A DNA stretch of 64,000 bases, taken from Candidatus Nanopelagicales bacterium. Its GTDB lineage: Bacteria > Actinomycetota > Actinomycetes > S36-B12 > UBA10799. The stretch is from the NCBI GenBank assembly GCA_039812085.1, contig JBDHZU010000001.1, positions 570-64,569 on the forward strand, read 5' to 3'. Below the pieces are notes generated by a model, which worked only from the letters and a program-made list of their open reading frames with translations, ran no database searches and was not told the origin of the DNA. The first letter of the stretch is position 1; the number at the start of each line of letters is the position of its first letter. Below are positions 27,885-37,177 of the stretch, piece after piece. The position numbers and the translations under genes are program-made.

Positions 27885-28519
27885 GCAAGCAGACTGAACC
27901 AGTCCACCCCGAGTTCGGCGATCAAACGTCGTACGGTTGGCAGGCTCACTCCAATCACGTTGCTGGGGTCTCCCTCGATTGAGTCCACGAAGGCTCCGCC
28001 GATGCCGTCCAGCGTGAATGAACCGGCCACATGCAGCGGTTCGCCGGTCGCAACGTATGCATCGATCTCCTGTTCGCTCAGTGTTCCGATCCGAACAACC
28101 GTGCGACGCACAGCCGACACCTTTTGGCCATCGTCTGCAATCAGGCAATGACCGGTGATCAGATCCCCTGCTTGTCCGCTCATGTGTCGTAGACGTTGTC
28201 GGGCGATGTCTGCCGATCCTGGTTTGCCATAAATCTGACCATCCATCAACAGCACCGAATCGCATCCCAAAACAAGCCAGCTATGCGACGTATCAGCAAG
28301 CTGTGTGGCGACATCTGTTGCCTTTGACTCAGCAAGGACACCAGCGAGTTCTTCGGCAGTCATCGCTCGCCCTAGGGCTGCTTCCTGCGCTCGTTGAACG
28401 GCCGGTTCATCAACCTCACTGACTTGCACGGTTGGTGACAATCCGGCGCTCTGGAGCACAGCCAATCGCGCTGGCGATGCGGAAGCCAGCACGAGTTGAG
28501 GTCCTTGCGAAGCCTGCAC
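27869..28519 (-). CDS. maf: Maf-like nucleoside triphosphate pyrophosphatase
   Basis: LVLASASPARLAVLQSAGL N-terminus and overall Maf length. Confidence 0.88.
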   Translation of the reverse strand: MQASQGPQLVLASASPARLAVLQSAGLSPTVQVSEVDEPAVQRAQEAALGRAMTAEELAGVLAESKATDVATQLADTSHSWLVLGCDSVLLMDGQIYGKPGSADIARQRLRHMSGQAGDLITGHCLIADDGQKVSAVRRTVVRIGTLSEQEIDAYVATGEPLHVAGSFTLDGIGGAFVDSIEGDPSNVIGVSLPTVRRLIAELGVDWFSLLAQPSG

Positions 28520-28590
28520 GCCGGTTGCCCTTCTGAGAAATCTGCGGTACCTACGACCGCTTTGCCACTGAGTTTGGCAGGATCAACCCC

Positions 28591-29919
28591 ATGGTTGACG
28601 ACCAGCGGCTGCGCCTGACCGTGATTGGCACCGGGTATCTCGGTGCCGTTCACGCAACTGCCATGGCATCAATCGGGTTCGATGTCCTCGCTATCGACGT
28701 CGATGAACGACGCATTTCCATGCTCGACCAGGGCACAGCACCGTTCTACGAACCGGGGTTCGAGGAATTACTGTCCGAGACGCTGACGACAGGTCGATTG
28801 GAATTCACCACCGACTGGGCCCGGGTTGCCGAGCACGGCGATGTCCACTTCCTGTGTGTGGGCACCCCGCAACGAACCGATGGACCAGGGGCTGATCTCA
28901 GCTTTGTCCAGGCGGCAGTCGGAAAACTCGCCCCACTGCTCAACCGCCAGTGCGTGATTGCGGGCAAGTCCACGGTTCCGGTCGGTACTGCAGCCTGGAT
29001 AACCGAGCACATCGCCGCGAACAGCCCCGCCCACGATCACATCGAAGTTGTCTGGAATCCGGAGTTTCTGCGCGAGGGTTTTGCGGTGCAAGACACCTTG
29101 CAACCAGACCGGATCGTCCTAGGGTCCGACTCACCTGAAGCACTGGCGACGATGCGTGAGGTCTACTCATCCATCCTGGAACAAGGCACCCCACTGATCG
29201 AGACCACTGCTGCCACAGCGGAACTCGTCAAAGTCGCTGCCAACTCATTTCTTGCCACCAAAATTTCCTTCATCAATGCGATGGCCGATGTCTGTGAGGT
29301 TGCGGGGGCTGATGTCACCGACCTTGCACATGCGATCGGTTATGACACCCGCATCGGACACCGATTCCTCGGTGCTGGCCTAGGATTCGGCGGTGGCTGT
29401 CTGCCCAAGGACATTCGAGCGTTTAAACACCGCGCGGATGAGTTGGGGGTCGGCGCCTCATTGCGGTTCCTGCAAGAGGTGGACGATCTCAATACTCGAC
29501 GACGACGCACTATCGCCGAGCAGGCCGTTGAACTGTGTGATGGCGATATTGCCGGTAAGACCGTTGCCTGTTTGGGTGCGGCATTCAAGCCTGACTCCGA
29601 CGACGTTCGCGATTCTCCGGCATTGACCGTGGCGTCGATTCTGGATCGTCATGGAGCAACCGTTCGTGTCTTTGACCCACAAGCACACGAAACCGCTCAG
29701 GTCGCTGCACCACATCTACAGATCGTCAAATCGTTAGAGGAAGCAGCGGTCGATGCCGATATCGTCATGTTGCTCACGGAGTGGAAGCAATTCGTTGCCC
29801 TGGACCCGCAGGCGTTCGGAGAAATCGTTGCCAACCGCCGCATCATCGATGCACGAAACGCATTAGATCCGGTCGCTTGGCGCGCTGCCGGGTGGGAATA
29901 CCAAGGAATCGGTCGCTAA
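28591..29919 (+). CDS. ugd: UDP-glucose 6-dehydrogenase
   Basis: LTVIGTGYLGAVHA Rossmann N-terminus, GFGGGCLPKD catalytic Cys motif, and AFKPDSDDVRDSPA. Confidence 0.9.
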   Translation: MVDDQRLRLTVIGTGYLGAVHATAMASIGFDVLAIDVDERRISMLDQGTAPFYEPGFEELLSETLTTGRLEFTTDWARVAEHGDVHFLCVGTPQRTDGPGADLSFVQAAVGKLAPLLNRQCVIAGKSTVPVGTAAWITEHIAANSPAHDHIEVVWNPEFLREGFAVQDTLQPDRIVLGSDSPEALATMREVYSSILEQGTPLIETTAATAELVKVAANSFLATKISFINAMADVCEVAGADVTDLAHAIGYDTRIGHRFLGAGLGFGGGCLPKDIRAFKHRADELGVGASLRFLQEVDDLNTRRRRTIAEQAVELCDGDIAGKTVACLGAAFKPDSDDVRDSPALTVASILDRHGATVRVFDPQAHETAQVAAPHLQIVKSLEEAAVDADIVMLLTEWKQFVALDPQAFGEIVANRRIIDARNALDPVAWRAAGWEYQGIGR

Positions 29920-29922
29920 CTC

Positions 29923-30678
29923 CTACGGAGTCCAGCGGTAGACCTTCACCCAATCGACCAGCAGATCGACCTGTTTGGTCTTCTGACTTGCCGACCGTTT
30001 GGTGCCCTCACTTTGAATCGCTAGCCACATCTTCTGCCGAGGAACTGTTGAACCGGTCACCCGCTTCCACACCTTGCCGTTGATCGTGTACTCCAGCAGG
30101 TTGGGCCGCCATTGGACGCCCACTCTGATCCATTTCTTGGTATTGACCTTGGGCGAACGGGAACCAGAAAACTTGTGCTTTCCTGCGGCAGTCCAGTGAA
30201 CGTAACCAGAGAAAGACTTCCGATTACCCCCAGAGTCTTCCGCGATGTCGACCTCTGGCGGCCAGCCCTTCGTCGGCCAGAGCAAGACCACAAATTTGGC
30301 CAGTTCCGCTTTAGTCACTCGCAGCCGAACATCCCATTTGCCGTACAACTGCGCCACCTTGCAGTTACACACTCCACCGGAGTAGACATGCGACCCCTGC
30401 TTCTGGGCACGAATGCGCAAAGCGCCATTTGTCACTGATAGCTGCGAACGCCGCCACGTCGTCGTTGGGTTTCCACCTGGCGTCCCGCTGTAGCGACCCC
30501 AGGACTTGTTCAGTGCTGATCCGTTGAAGTTCTCGACGAAGCTTGGGGTCCACAACGAGGTCGCACGTGGCGTTGGCATTGCCACCGCATTAGCGCTCGT
30601 CGGCATCAGGCAACTAGCCGCGACGGAACCCGCGACCAACACCATCGCTGTTCGTTTGGCTGTGTACACCCTTGGCAT
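29923..30678 (-). CDS. Secreted glycoside hydrolase family 16 protein
   Basis: Signal peptide. The catalytic ExDxxE motif EVDIAE lies at nt 30238-30255. The surrounding sequence is ConA-like and beta-rich. Confidence 0.75.
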   Translation of the reverse strand: MPRVYTAKRTAMVLVAGSVAASCLMPTSANAVAMPTPRATSLWTPSFVENFNGSALNKSWGRYSGTPGGNPTTTWRRSQLSVTNGALRIRAQKQGSHVYSGGVCNCKVAQLYGKWDVRLRVTKAELAKFVVLLWPTKGWPPEVDIAEDSGGNRKSFSGYVHWTAAGKHKFSGSRSPKVNTKKWIRVGVQWRPNLLEYTINGKVWKRVTGSTVPRQKMWLAIQSEGTKRSASQKTKQVDLLVDWVKVYRWTP

Positions 30679-30716
30679 ACAGTCATGTGTCGGCGCACTG
30701 TTGCCAGGCCTGAAGG

Positions 30717-31718
30717 TTACTTCGGGCTAAATCCCTCAGGTTTATCGAAAGCTGACCAAGCCGAGGTCACCATGTCCTGCAGGTCGTAACTGGCTTGCCA
30801 GTCCATCTCCTGCCTAATTAACTGTGCATCCGCAACCAGCACAGCCGGATCTCCTGGGCGTCTGTCGACCTCTTGGGCATTCACATCGAACCCAATCACC
30901 TGCGAGACGACATCCATCACCTCGCGCACTGAACTGCCCTCACCACGGCCAACATTGACGGCGAGCTGCGCGTCGCCCAGCGGACGATCGTCACATGCCC
31001 GAACAGCACTGACATGCGCATCGGCTAGGTCCACAACATGGATGTAGTCACGAACACAGGTGCCGTCTGGGGTGTCGTAATCCGATCCGAAAATCTGTGG
31101 GCGCTTGCCGGTGGTGACTGCTCGCAGCACCATCGGGATGAGGTTGGCGACCGAGGTATCTCCCAAGTCGTCAGAGCCAGCACCTGCCACATTGAAGTAG
31201 CGCAACAGCACGAATGATCGGGGCTTACCGGTCAACTCTCCTGAACGGGCAAATGCCCGTACGAGCCACTCACCGGCCACCTTAGTTTCGCCATAGGGCG
31301 AGGTCGGAACGAGTACGCGATCCTCAGCAACATGTCCACTGCCCGGTTCCCCATAGACAGCAGCGGATGACGAGTAGACGATCCGTGGGACATCGGCGTC
31401 TTCCATCGCCTGCAACAGACTGACGAGGCCACCAATGTTCTCTTCGTAGTAGAACAGCGGCCGTTCGACAGACTCACCCACTGCCTTCTTGGCCGCAAAA
31501 TGAATAACCCCGATGACATCGTGTTCCTTCATCGCATCGGTGAGTCGGGCCGTATCCGCCACGGAGCACTCTACGAATGGAACACCAGCAGGAACACGGT
31601 CGCGCAGTCCAGACGACAAGTCGTCAACGACGACCATGTCGTACCCGAGGTCAAGCATCTGTCGTAAAACATGGGAGCCGATATATCCAGCCCCACCGGT
31701 CAATAGCCAACGACTCAC
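30717..31718 (-). CDS. galE: UDP-hexose (glucose or glucuronate) 4-epimerase, GalE family
   Basis: LLTGGAGYIGSH, YGETK (YxxxK) and an extended-SDR length. Substrate cannot be told from sequence inspection. Confidence 0.85.
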   Translation of the reverse strand: MSRWLLTGGAGYIGSHVLRQMLDLGYDMVVVDDLSSGLRDRVPAGVPFVECSVADTARLTDAMKEHDVIGVIHFAAKKAVGESVERPLFYYEENIGGLVSLLQAMEDADVPRIVYSSSAAVYGEPGSGHVAEDRVLVPTSPYGETKVAGEWLVRAFARSGELTGKPRSFVLLRYFNVAGAGSDDLGDTSVANLIPMVLRAVTTGKRPQIFGSDYDTPDGTCVRDYIHVVDLADAHVSAVRACDDRPLGDAQLAVNVGRGEGSSVREVMDVVSQVIGFDVNAQEVDRRPGDPAVLVADAQLIRQEMDWQASYDLQDMVTSAWSAFDKPEGFSPK

Positions 31719-31748
31719 GAACGGTTCCTTCCAGCGATCAGTAGCGAA

Positions 31749-31934
31749 TCAGCCACCGGTAGCAAACCGCGTAACGATGACTGCCAACCATCCAACCAGC
31801 AACAGAGCCGTGGTGCCGAGCAACGTGCGGCGTTGACCGACTTGCATTCGATTGGCATCAACGACGACCGCGCACCACACGATCATCCCCAACAAGAGGA
31901 CGGTGTAGGCGATCCCGAACGGTGCGCCAGTCAT
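31749..31934 (-). CDS. Small two-helix membrane protein
   Basis: A 61-aa ORF with two clear hydrophobic helices and a 4-nt overlap with the upstream gene. Function unknown. Confidence 0.5.
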   Translation of the reverse strand: MTGAPFGIAYTVLLLGMIVWCAVVVDANRMQVGQRRTLLGTTALLLVGWLAVIVTRFATGG

Positions 31935-32314
31935 GTCTCGTCGCCAATGTCCGGTCGTGGTTGTAGGAATCGCAGCGGCCGATCCGGGCGCGACAACATG
32001 ACCGCTGCCAAACCCAGTACGACAATGACTTCGATAATCACCGAAGCGATCGCGTTGAAGTGGGAGGCGAACAATGGAACCAAGCTGGACAAGACGAGTG
32101 CACTCATTCCCACCGCCACGGCCAACCCAAGTGCCAACGGCAGACTGTCAATGTCGAGCGCAGCGACAACGGCGATTCCCACACCAAGCAAAACGAAGCT
32201 TCCCGTAATTGGAATCCGTAACCAAGCGGGTGCACCCAGCATGAACAACCCCAGCGCAATCAACGCCCAAATAATCAGGCCGATGCTGAGGCGGTGCCGG
32301 TGCAGGTCGCTCAT
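31931..32314 (-). CDS. Small four-helix membrane protein
   Basis: Start set at ATG 32314, which forms an ATGA overlap with the GT2 stop. Four hydrophobic helices. Function unknown. Confidence 0.55.
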   Translation of the reverse strand: MSDLHRHRLSIGLIIWALIALGLFMLGAPAWLRIPITGSFVLLGVGIAVVAALDIDSLPLALGLAVAVGMSALVLSSLVPLFASHFNAIASVIIEVIVVLGLAAVMLSRPDRPLRFLQPRPDIGDET

Positions 32315-33600
32315 GGAGTTAAGCGTGCCACGTCCTTCACAGTGCTGAGGGCTCGAGCGCGCCGACGTGCCTTGAGGTAGAGCCATGGACCTCGCACGAA
32401 TCCGCCGCGTTCTGCCTTAGCCAGTTCTGCTGGATAGTCCGCAGTGCGGTTCTCGTTCTTTTCCGACTCCGGGTCGAGCATTCGCTTGATGCCTTTGGGT
32501 ACCGCCCGCAGCAAAGCAACTCGCGATCCGGGCAGAAACAACAATTCTCGGAAGAGGAAGGCAGACAAGCCCGATCCGTAACCGACCATCTGTTTGGCCA
32601 GTTCTTCCATCGTGTCTCGATGGAAGTGTCGGATGACTGCGCGTGGTTCGTAAACGATGGTCCCGTCGGACATAAGCACCCGAACAAAGATGTCGAGGTC
32701 TTCCCCGCCCTTGGTCAAAGTTCCTGCACCCAGCGCAGGGTCGAATCCATTGAGCTCGGTGAGTGCCGATACCCGAAAAGAAGTGCTGTTACCGGAACCG
32801 AAAGCTCCAGCCGCAAAGGGGAACAGCGGGCCACCATCGCCACGAGCACCGAGCTTCCACACTGATGAGGAATCATCTGCCCGGCTCCATACCGTCCGGA
32901 CGTATCCCTTGTTGAAGCCACTGCCTTCCTCGAACATCTGCTCGGCATGGGTCGCCAACGATCCAGGAACAACCAGGCCCGTCACACAGTGAACATCGGG
33001 ATCTTGAGCGAAGACGGCAGCCTTGGAACTCAACCAGTGTGGGTCAGCCAATGCATCGTCATCGGTATAGAAGAGCAGTTCACTACCGAGCGCGACGGCT
33101 TCAGCAAGTGCAGCATTCCGCGCAAACGACAATCCCGGATTGGGCTGGTCAACAATCTTCAATCGCGCATCGTCGATTCCCGCCAGCGCAGCACGGGTAT
33201 TACCCGTTGCGGGAGCGTTATCAACGACGACGACGTGAAAATCGCCGTCGTACTGCTGCTCCAACAGATGTTGGACCGCACTAGGCAGCAAGGGATGCGT
33301 TCCGATGGTGCAGATAGCCAGCGCTGCAGAAAGGGCGGGAGACGCTGCCGGTAACTCGACGGTTGCGCTAGTCGGCAAAGACAGCTTTTCCTGATCCTCA
33401 CGGGCTTGCTGCGCCCACTGCTGCGGTCCGGCTGCAACATCGTCAGGCTCCACGGTCAGCTCACCGACCGGAACACCAGCGTCACGAACCAACAGGTACA
33501 ACCCGGCACCGTCTGGAATCTGTGCTGGGGCGACTGGATTAGTGAGTTCCAAGTCGGCACAGACCAACGGACGGAAGGACGTGTCGGACTGTTCAGTCAT
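32311..33600 (-). CDS. Glycosyltransferase family 2
   Basis: FHVVVVDNAPATGNT...FYTDDDALADPHW (DxD) within a GT-A core. The N-terminal ~100 aa are unassigned. Confidence 0.8.
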   Translation of the reverse strand: MTEQSDTSFRPLVCADLELTNPVAPAQIPDGAGLYLLVRDAGVPVGELTVEPDDVAAGPQQWAQQAREDQEKLSLPTSATVELPAASPALSAALAICTIGTHPLLPSAVQHLLEQQYDGDFHVVVVDNAPATGNTRAALAGIDDARLKIVDQPNPGLSFARNAALAEAVALGSELLFYTDDDALADPHWLSSKAAVFAQDPDVHCVTGLVVPGSLATHAEQMFEEGSGFNKGYVRTVWSRADDSSSVWKLGARGDGGPLFPFAAGAFGSGNSTSFRVSALTELNGFDPALGAGTLTKGGEDLDIFVRVLMSDGTIVYEPRAVIRHFHRDTMEELAKQMVGYGSGLSAFLFRELLFLPGSRVALLRAVPKGIKRMLDPESEKNENRTADYPAELAKAERGGFVRGPWLYLKARRRARALSTVKDVARLTP

Positions 33601-33606
33601 GGGCGC

Positions 33607-34980
33607 TCAACCCTTCACATCATCGGGACGAAGCCGCTTGGGTCGGATCGCCACATTTGTTGCGGCAATACGTCCCACTCGACGGCTGAGTTCGCTCAAG
33701 AAGTCCACCTGCTGTTCCAGGTTCTCGGACTGGATCGAGATGTCGATGGTGTCGGCAATTTCCGCTGCCGCTTGTTCGATTCCCGCGCGATCTTGTCGCA
33801 GCGCCACGATGTACGGATGGCTGTTGAAGTCGATCGTCCGGAAGACCGGTTCGGTCACCGATGGCGCTCGGCTCCAACGAATGAAATCCGGTCGAGCCTC
33901 AACCTCATCCAGGCCGGTGACGGCGCGGACGCGTCCTGACTCCTCTTGCACGCCGTACGCAATTGCGACTGGTTCTTGGTCGTAGATCTCCCAGTCGATC
34001 TTTCGTAGATCCTGGGGACCATCGCTGATGTAGTGCACAACCGCGCGTTCCAGGATGTCGATGTGCCCCTGGTGGTAGGAGTTGACGATGTAGGCCAGCC
34101 CACCACCAACCAGGCGAGCTCCTACCTCAATCAGACACGGCCCTCGGTCATCGATGATGACTTCAGCGTGGAAAGGACTACGACGAAGACCCGTCTTCTG
34201 AATCACCTGGACGACGTAGTCGGCCAACTCCGTGAAGCGCGGATCATGGTGGAAGATCTTTTCGTCAAACAGCATGTTGTTTGACGCTTCATTGGTCTGA
34301 CCTCGATATGCAGCGACGACGCTCACGATCTCTACGTTGCCGTCGGCATCCACTTGCCCATTGACTTGATATTCCTGGCCGTCCAGAAACTCTTCCATAA
34401 TCATGAGGACGCCTGGCGCAGTAGCGAAATGGGCCGCGAGATCGTCCGAACTGGTCGATCGGTCAAAGTAGCCGATCTTGCTGTTGGCATAACCATCGTT
34501 GGGCTTGAGCACGAATCGATCGACCTCTGCCGACGACTCCAATATCTGCGCAACTTCCTCAGCGGTCCGCACTCGCCATGTTCCGTTGATTCGGGGAGCG
34601 CCCGGCTGTGCCGCGATGTGAGCCTTCAGTTCTTGCTTGTCTCGGAATCGAGTGAGCACATCAAGCTGGGCACTAGGCAAGCCAAGGGCATGGGCAAGTT
34701 CGCCCGCGTGCTTCACACTGCCTTCGGTTGGCGGCAATACCGCCACAATGTGATGACGCTGAGCCAATTGATCAGCAATTCCTGCCAGGTTGTCAGGGTC
34801 GGCAAAATAGCTGGCCGCAACCCGATCACTGCGCAAACTCGGAAAGCGTTCTCCCAAGATTCGGAAGTCTTGCGGGTTGGTGTACACCGCAACGGTCTGC
34901 AGACCAAACCTGCGGTACGCGATATCAATAAAGTCCGCGCCGTAAGAGTGGTTGGGGTCTAGGACGACGATGCATGACAT
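33607..34980 (-). CDS. ATP-grasp ligase (L-amino-acid-ligase-like)
   Basis: FVLKPNDGYANSKIGYF, MIMEEFLDGQEYQVNG and GPCLIEVGARLVGGG are ATP-grasp core elements. A pre-ATP-grasp N-domain is present. Confidence 0.75.
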   Translation of the reverse strand: MSCIVVLDPNHSYGADFIDIAYRRFGLQTVAVYTNPQDFRILGERFPSLRSDRVAASYFADPDNLAGIADQLAQRHHIVAVLPPTEGSVKHAGELAHALGLPSAQLDVLTRFRDKQELKAHIAAQPGAPRINGTWRVRTAEEVAQILESSAEVDRFVLKPNDGYANSKIGYFDRSTSSDDLAAHFATAPGVLMIMEEFLDGQEYQVNGQVDADGNVEIVSVVAAYRGQTNEASNNMLFDEKIFHHDPRFTELADYVVQVIQKTGLRRSPFHAEVIIDDRGPCLIEVGARLVGGGLAYIVNSYHQGHIDILERAVVHYISDGPQDLRKIDWEIYDQEPVAIAYGVQEESGRVRAVTGLDEVEARPDFIRWSRAPSVTEPVFRTIDFNSHPYIVALRQDRAGIEQAAAEIADTIDISIQSENLEQQVDFLSELSRRVGRIAATNVAIRPKRLRPDDVKG

Positions 34981-34986
34981 TGCGCG

Positions 34987-35991
34987 TCACCGACCCGTCC
35001 GGGCAGCGGCCCGATTTTCGCGCTTGGCCTTCACCAGGCCACGTGCGTAGCCAAAGGTTGTCGCTGCGAGCCCCATCGGCAGCATCGCTGCCCTGGCCAG
35101 TCCAGATGGGTCACCGTGGAACGCCTCCTTGGTGTGCTTACCCATTCCTCCCAGCAAGGTCTTCACCACGTAGGTGCGTTCGGAACTCAATCCGTCGGCT
35201 GCGCCTACCTCAGTCGTCATCGCCGACTTGGAGATTCCTTCGTGGTAACACCTGCTCATGAAGTACTTCACGGTCTGACGATTGACCGGTACCAGGTGAT
35301 GCACCACAGAAGTGGTGTCCCGCACGATCTGCGCCGACGGATCCGCCTGACGCAGTCGGATACCCATTTCCGTTTCTTCATTGCCAATAGGCACTTCCCC
35401 TACTCGACCGATTCGAGTCGAGAAACCGCCAACCTCAGCTACTGCAGCGCGGCGAAGTCCCATGCTCGCGCCGATCGGATTACGAATTTGTTCACCGTTC
35501 CCCGGCAGTCCGCGGTAGTCGCAACCGACCACCCAGCCGAACTCCTCAGGGAACCACTTGGGCGGATGGTCGCCTTCCCAATCTGGGCTGACTGCTCCAC
35601 CAACACCAACGATGCTGTCATCGGATTCGAATCGTTTCCGGTACGCATCGATCCAACCGGGACCAGGGAACGCATCGTCATCTAAGAAGCAGACGATGTC
35701 TCCCGTTGCCGTCTGGACTCCGGTGTTCCTCGCACCAGACAAACCCTGCTGTTGCGCATTGGCCACAATGATGAGTTCGGTACCTGAGAAGTGTTCTTGG
35801 GCACGTTGCAGGAGCTGGTCGTTGTGGTCGATGACCGCGATGACCTCATCGCCTTGCTGAGCTTGCTGCAGTAGCTCGGCAACCCCGGCGGAGAACTCAC
35901 CCCAACGCTTTTCGGTGTATGCGCAGACGATGGTTGAGACGGTGAGAGAGGCCATACTCTGATTCTTCCCAGTTTGACTGTCGTCATGCAT
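34987..35991 (-). CDS. Glycosyltransferase family 2
   Basis: VSTIVCAYTEKRW...FLDDDAFPGPGW. The start may instead be Met13 (35955). Confidence 0.8.
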   Translation of the reverse strand: MHDDSQTGKNQSMASLTVSTIVCAYTEKRWGEFSAGVAELLQQAQQGDEVIAVIDHNDQLLQRAQEHFSGTELIIVANAQQQGLSGARNTGVQTATGDIVCFLDDDAFPGPGWIDAYRKRFESDDSIVGVGGAVSPDWEGDHPPKWFPEEFGWVVGCDYRGLPGNGEQIRNPIGASMGLRRAAVAEVGGFSTRIGRVGEVPIGNEETEMGIRLRQADPSAQIVRDTTSVVHHLVPVNRQTVKYFMSRCYHEGISKSAMTTEVGAADGLSSERTYVVKTLLGGMGKHTKEAFHGDPSGLARAAMLPMGLAATTFGYARGLVKAKRENRAAARTGR

Positions 35992-36003
35992 CGCAGCACG
36001 TGG

Positions 36004-37134
36004 CTATCGGATGAGACCAGGCACTTGTTGTGCCGTCGCGAGCTTGATTTTTGCGCGAGATGTCTTGGCCCAGGACGACCCCAAGGTGGGCAACCGTTCG
36101 TCCACGATGGCCCGCTGTTCGGCAACCGTCTTCGACAAGGCCGCGCGGTCGGCAGGTTTGGGGAACGGGAATCGCAGCATGGTCAGCAAGTCACCTTCTC
36201 GATAGCTCGCATCGACATCAGGCGCAGGACCAAGGCCCAACACATGCAGATATGCCTCGATGAGTGGGACGCCGACCTGCTGCAAAGCCGGCCATGAGCC
36301 AAAGATGCGGGGATTGAAATCAATCAGTTGAGGATCGCCACCATCACGGGCGTAGACCCAGTCGATGCTGAAGAACCCGGTGTACCCAATAGCGTGGATC
36401 CACTGTTTGGTGAACGTCACGACTGCTTCGTCAACGATGGGGCGCACACAGTACGCGGGGCCCTTTGGATCATCAGGAGCTGGCTCTGGCAGGTAGCAAC
36501 CCACCGCGAGCACGCGTCCATCGGCGGCAACTCCTCCGCAGTTCACGAAGTCACCGGCAAAGAATTCCTGCAGAAACACTCCGCCTGAACCAGGTGTGTC
36601 TAGACGAGTTACCGCATCAGCTAACTCGATCGGATCCTCCGCTATTGCCACTCCGACTCCACCAAATCCCACGCGAGCCTTCACCACGACGGGGTATTGC
36701 TCTGTCGTAGAGGTGTCGCTGGAGATGGCGGGAGTCGGCACACCACTGTCCAGCGCAACCTGGCCTTGCACGAATTTGTCGACCAGAAGTTCCACCGGCA
36801 TCTGTGGTCCGAGCCGGCGGCCGGGATTGGTCAATTCATGGCGCACCTGTGACAACGGGAGCACTAAGTCGTCGTGTGCTTGCAGATCGATGCAGCTATC
36901 GAGCACCTCGATGAATGCCGATTCGTCCACCACTGCCGGGTCCGATCCGGGCTGAGCCAAGACGAACTGTGGCTGACCCCACAGTGGGCGTTCCACCGCA
37001 CGGGTGACTCGTTGAACAGCACCTTGCGGTTTGGGCATGAGGTGTACGACCTCGATTCCCCGAGTTCGCAACGCACCTGCCATGGCTGCAAAGGCTTCCC
37101 AGGAATGGGATTCGGCGAAAGCGATTCGGGTCAT
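36004..37134 (-). CDS. ATP-grasp ligase (second, divergent)
   Basis: YPVVVKARVGFGGVGVAIA, VFLQEFFAGD and LIDFNPR. Start set at ATG 37134, which follows AGGA. The ORF is open to 37197. Confidence 0.7.
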   Translation of the reverse strand: MTRIAFAESHSWEAFAAMAGALRTRGIEVVHLMPKPQGAVQRVTRAVERPLWGQPQFVLAQPGSDPAVVDESAFIEVLDSCIDLQAHDDLVLPLSQVRHELTNPGRRLGPQMPVELLVDKFVQGQVALDSGVPTPAISSDTSTTEQYPVVVKARVGFGGVGVAIAEDPIELADAVTRLDTPGSGGVFLQEFFAGDFVNCGGVAADGRVLAVGCYLPEPAPDDPKGPAYCVRPIVDEAVVTFTKQWIHAIGYTGFFSIDWVYARDGGDPQLIDFNPRIFGSWPALQQVGVPLIEAYLHVLGLGPAPDVDASYREGDLLTMLRFPFPKPADRAALSKTVAEQRAIVDERLPTLGSSWAKTSRAKIKLATAQQVPGLIR

Positions 37135-37177
37135 GCGGTCATCCTGGCCGAAATCGCTATCGGATTGCGACCGGCGT

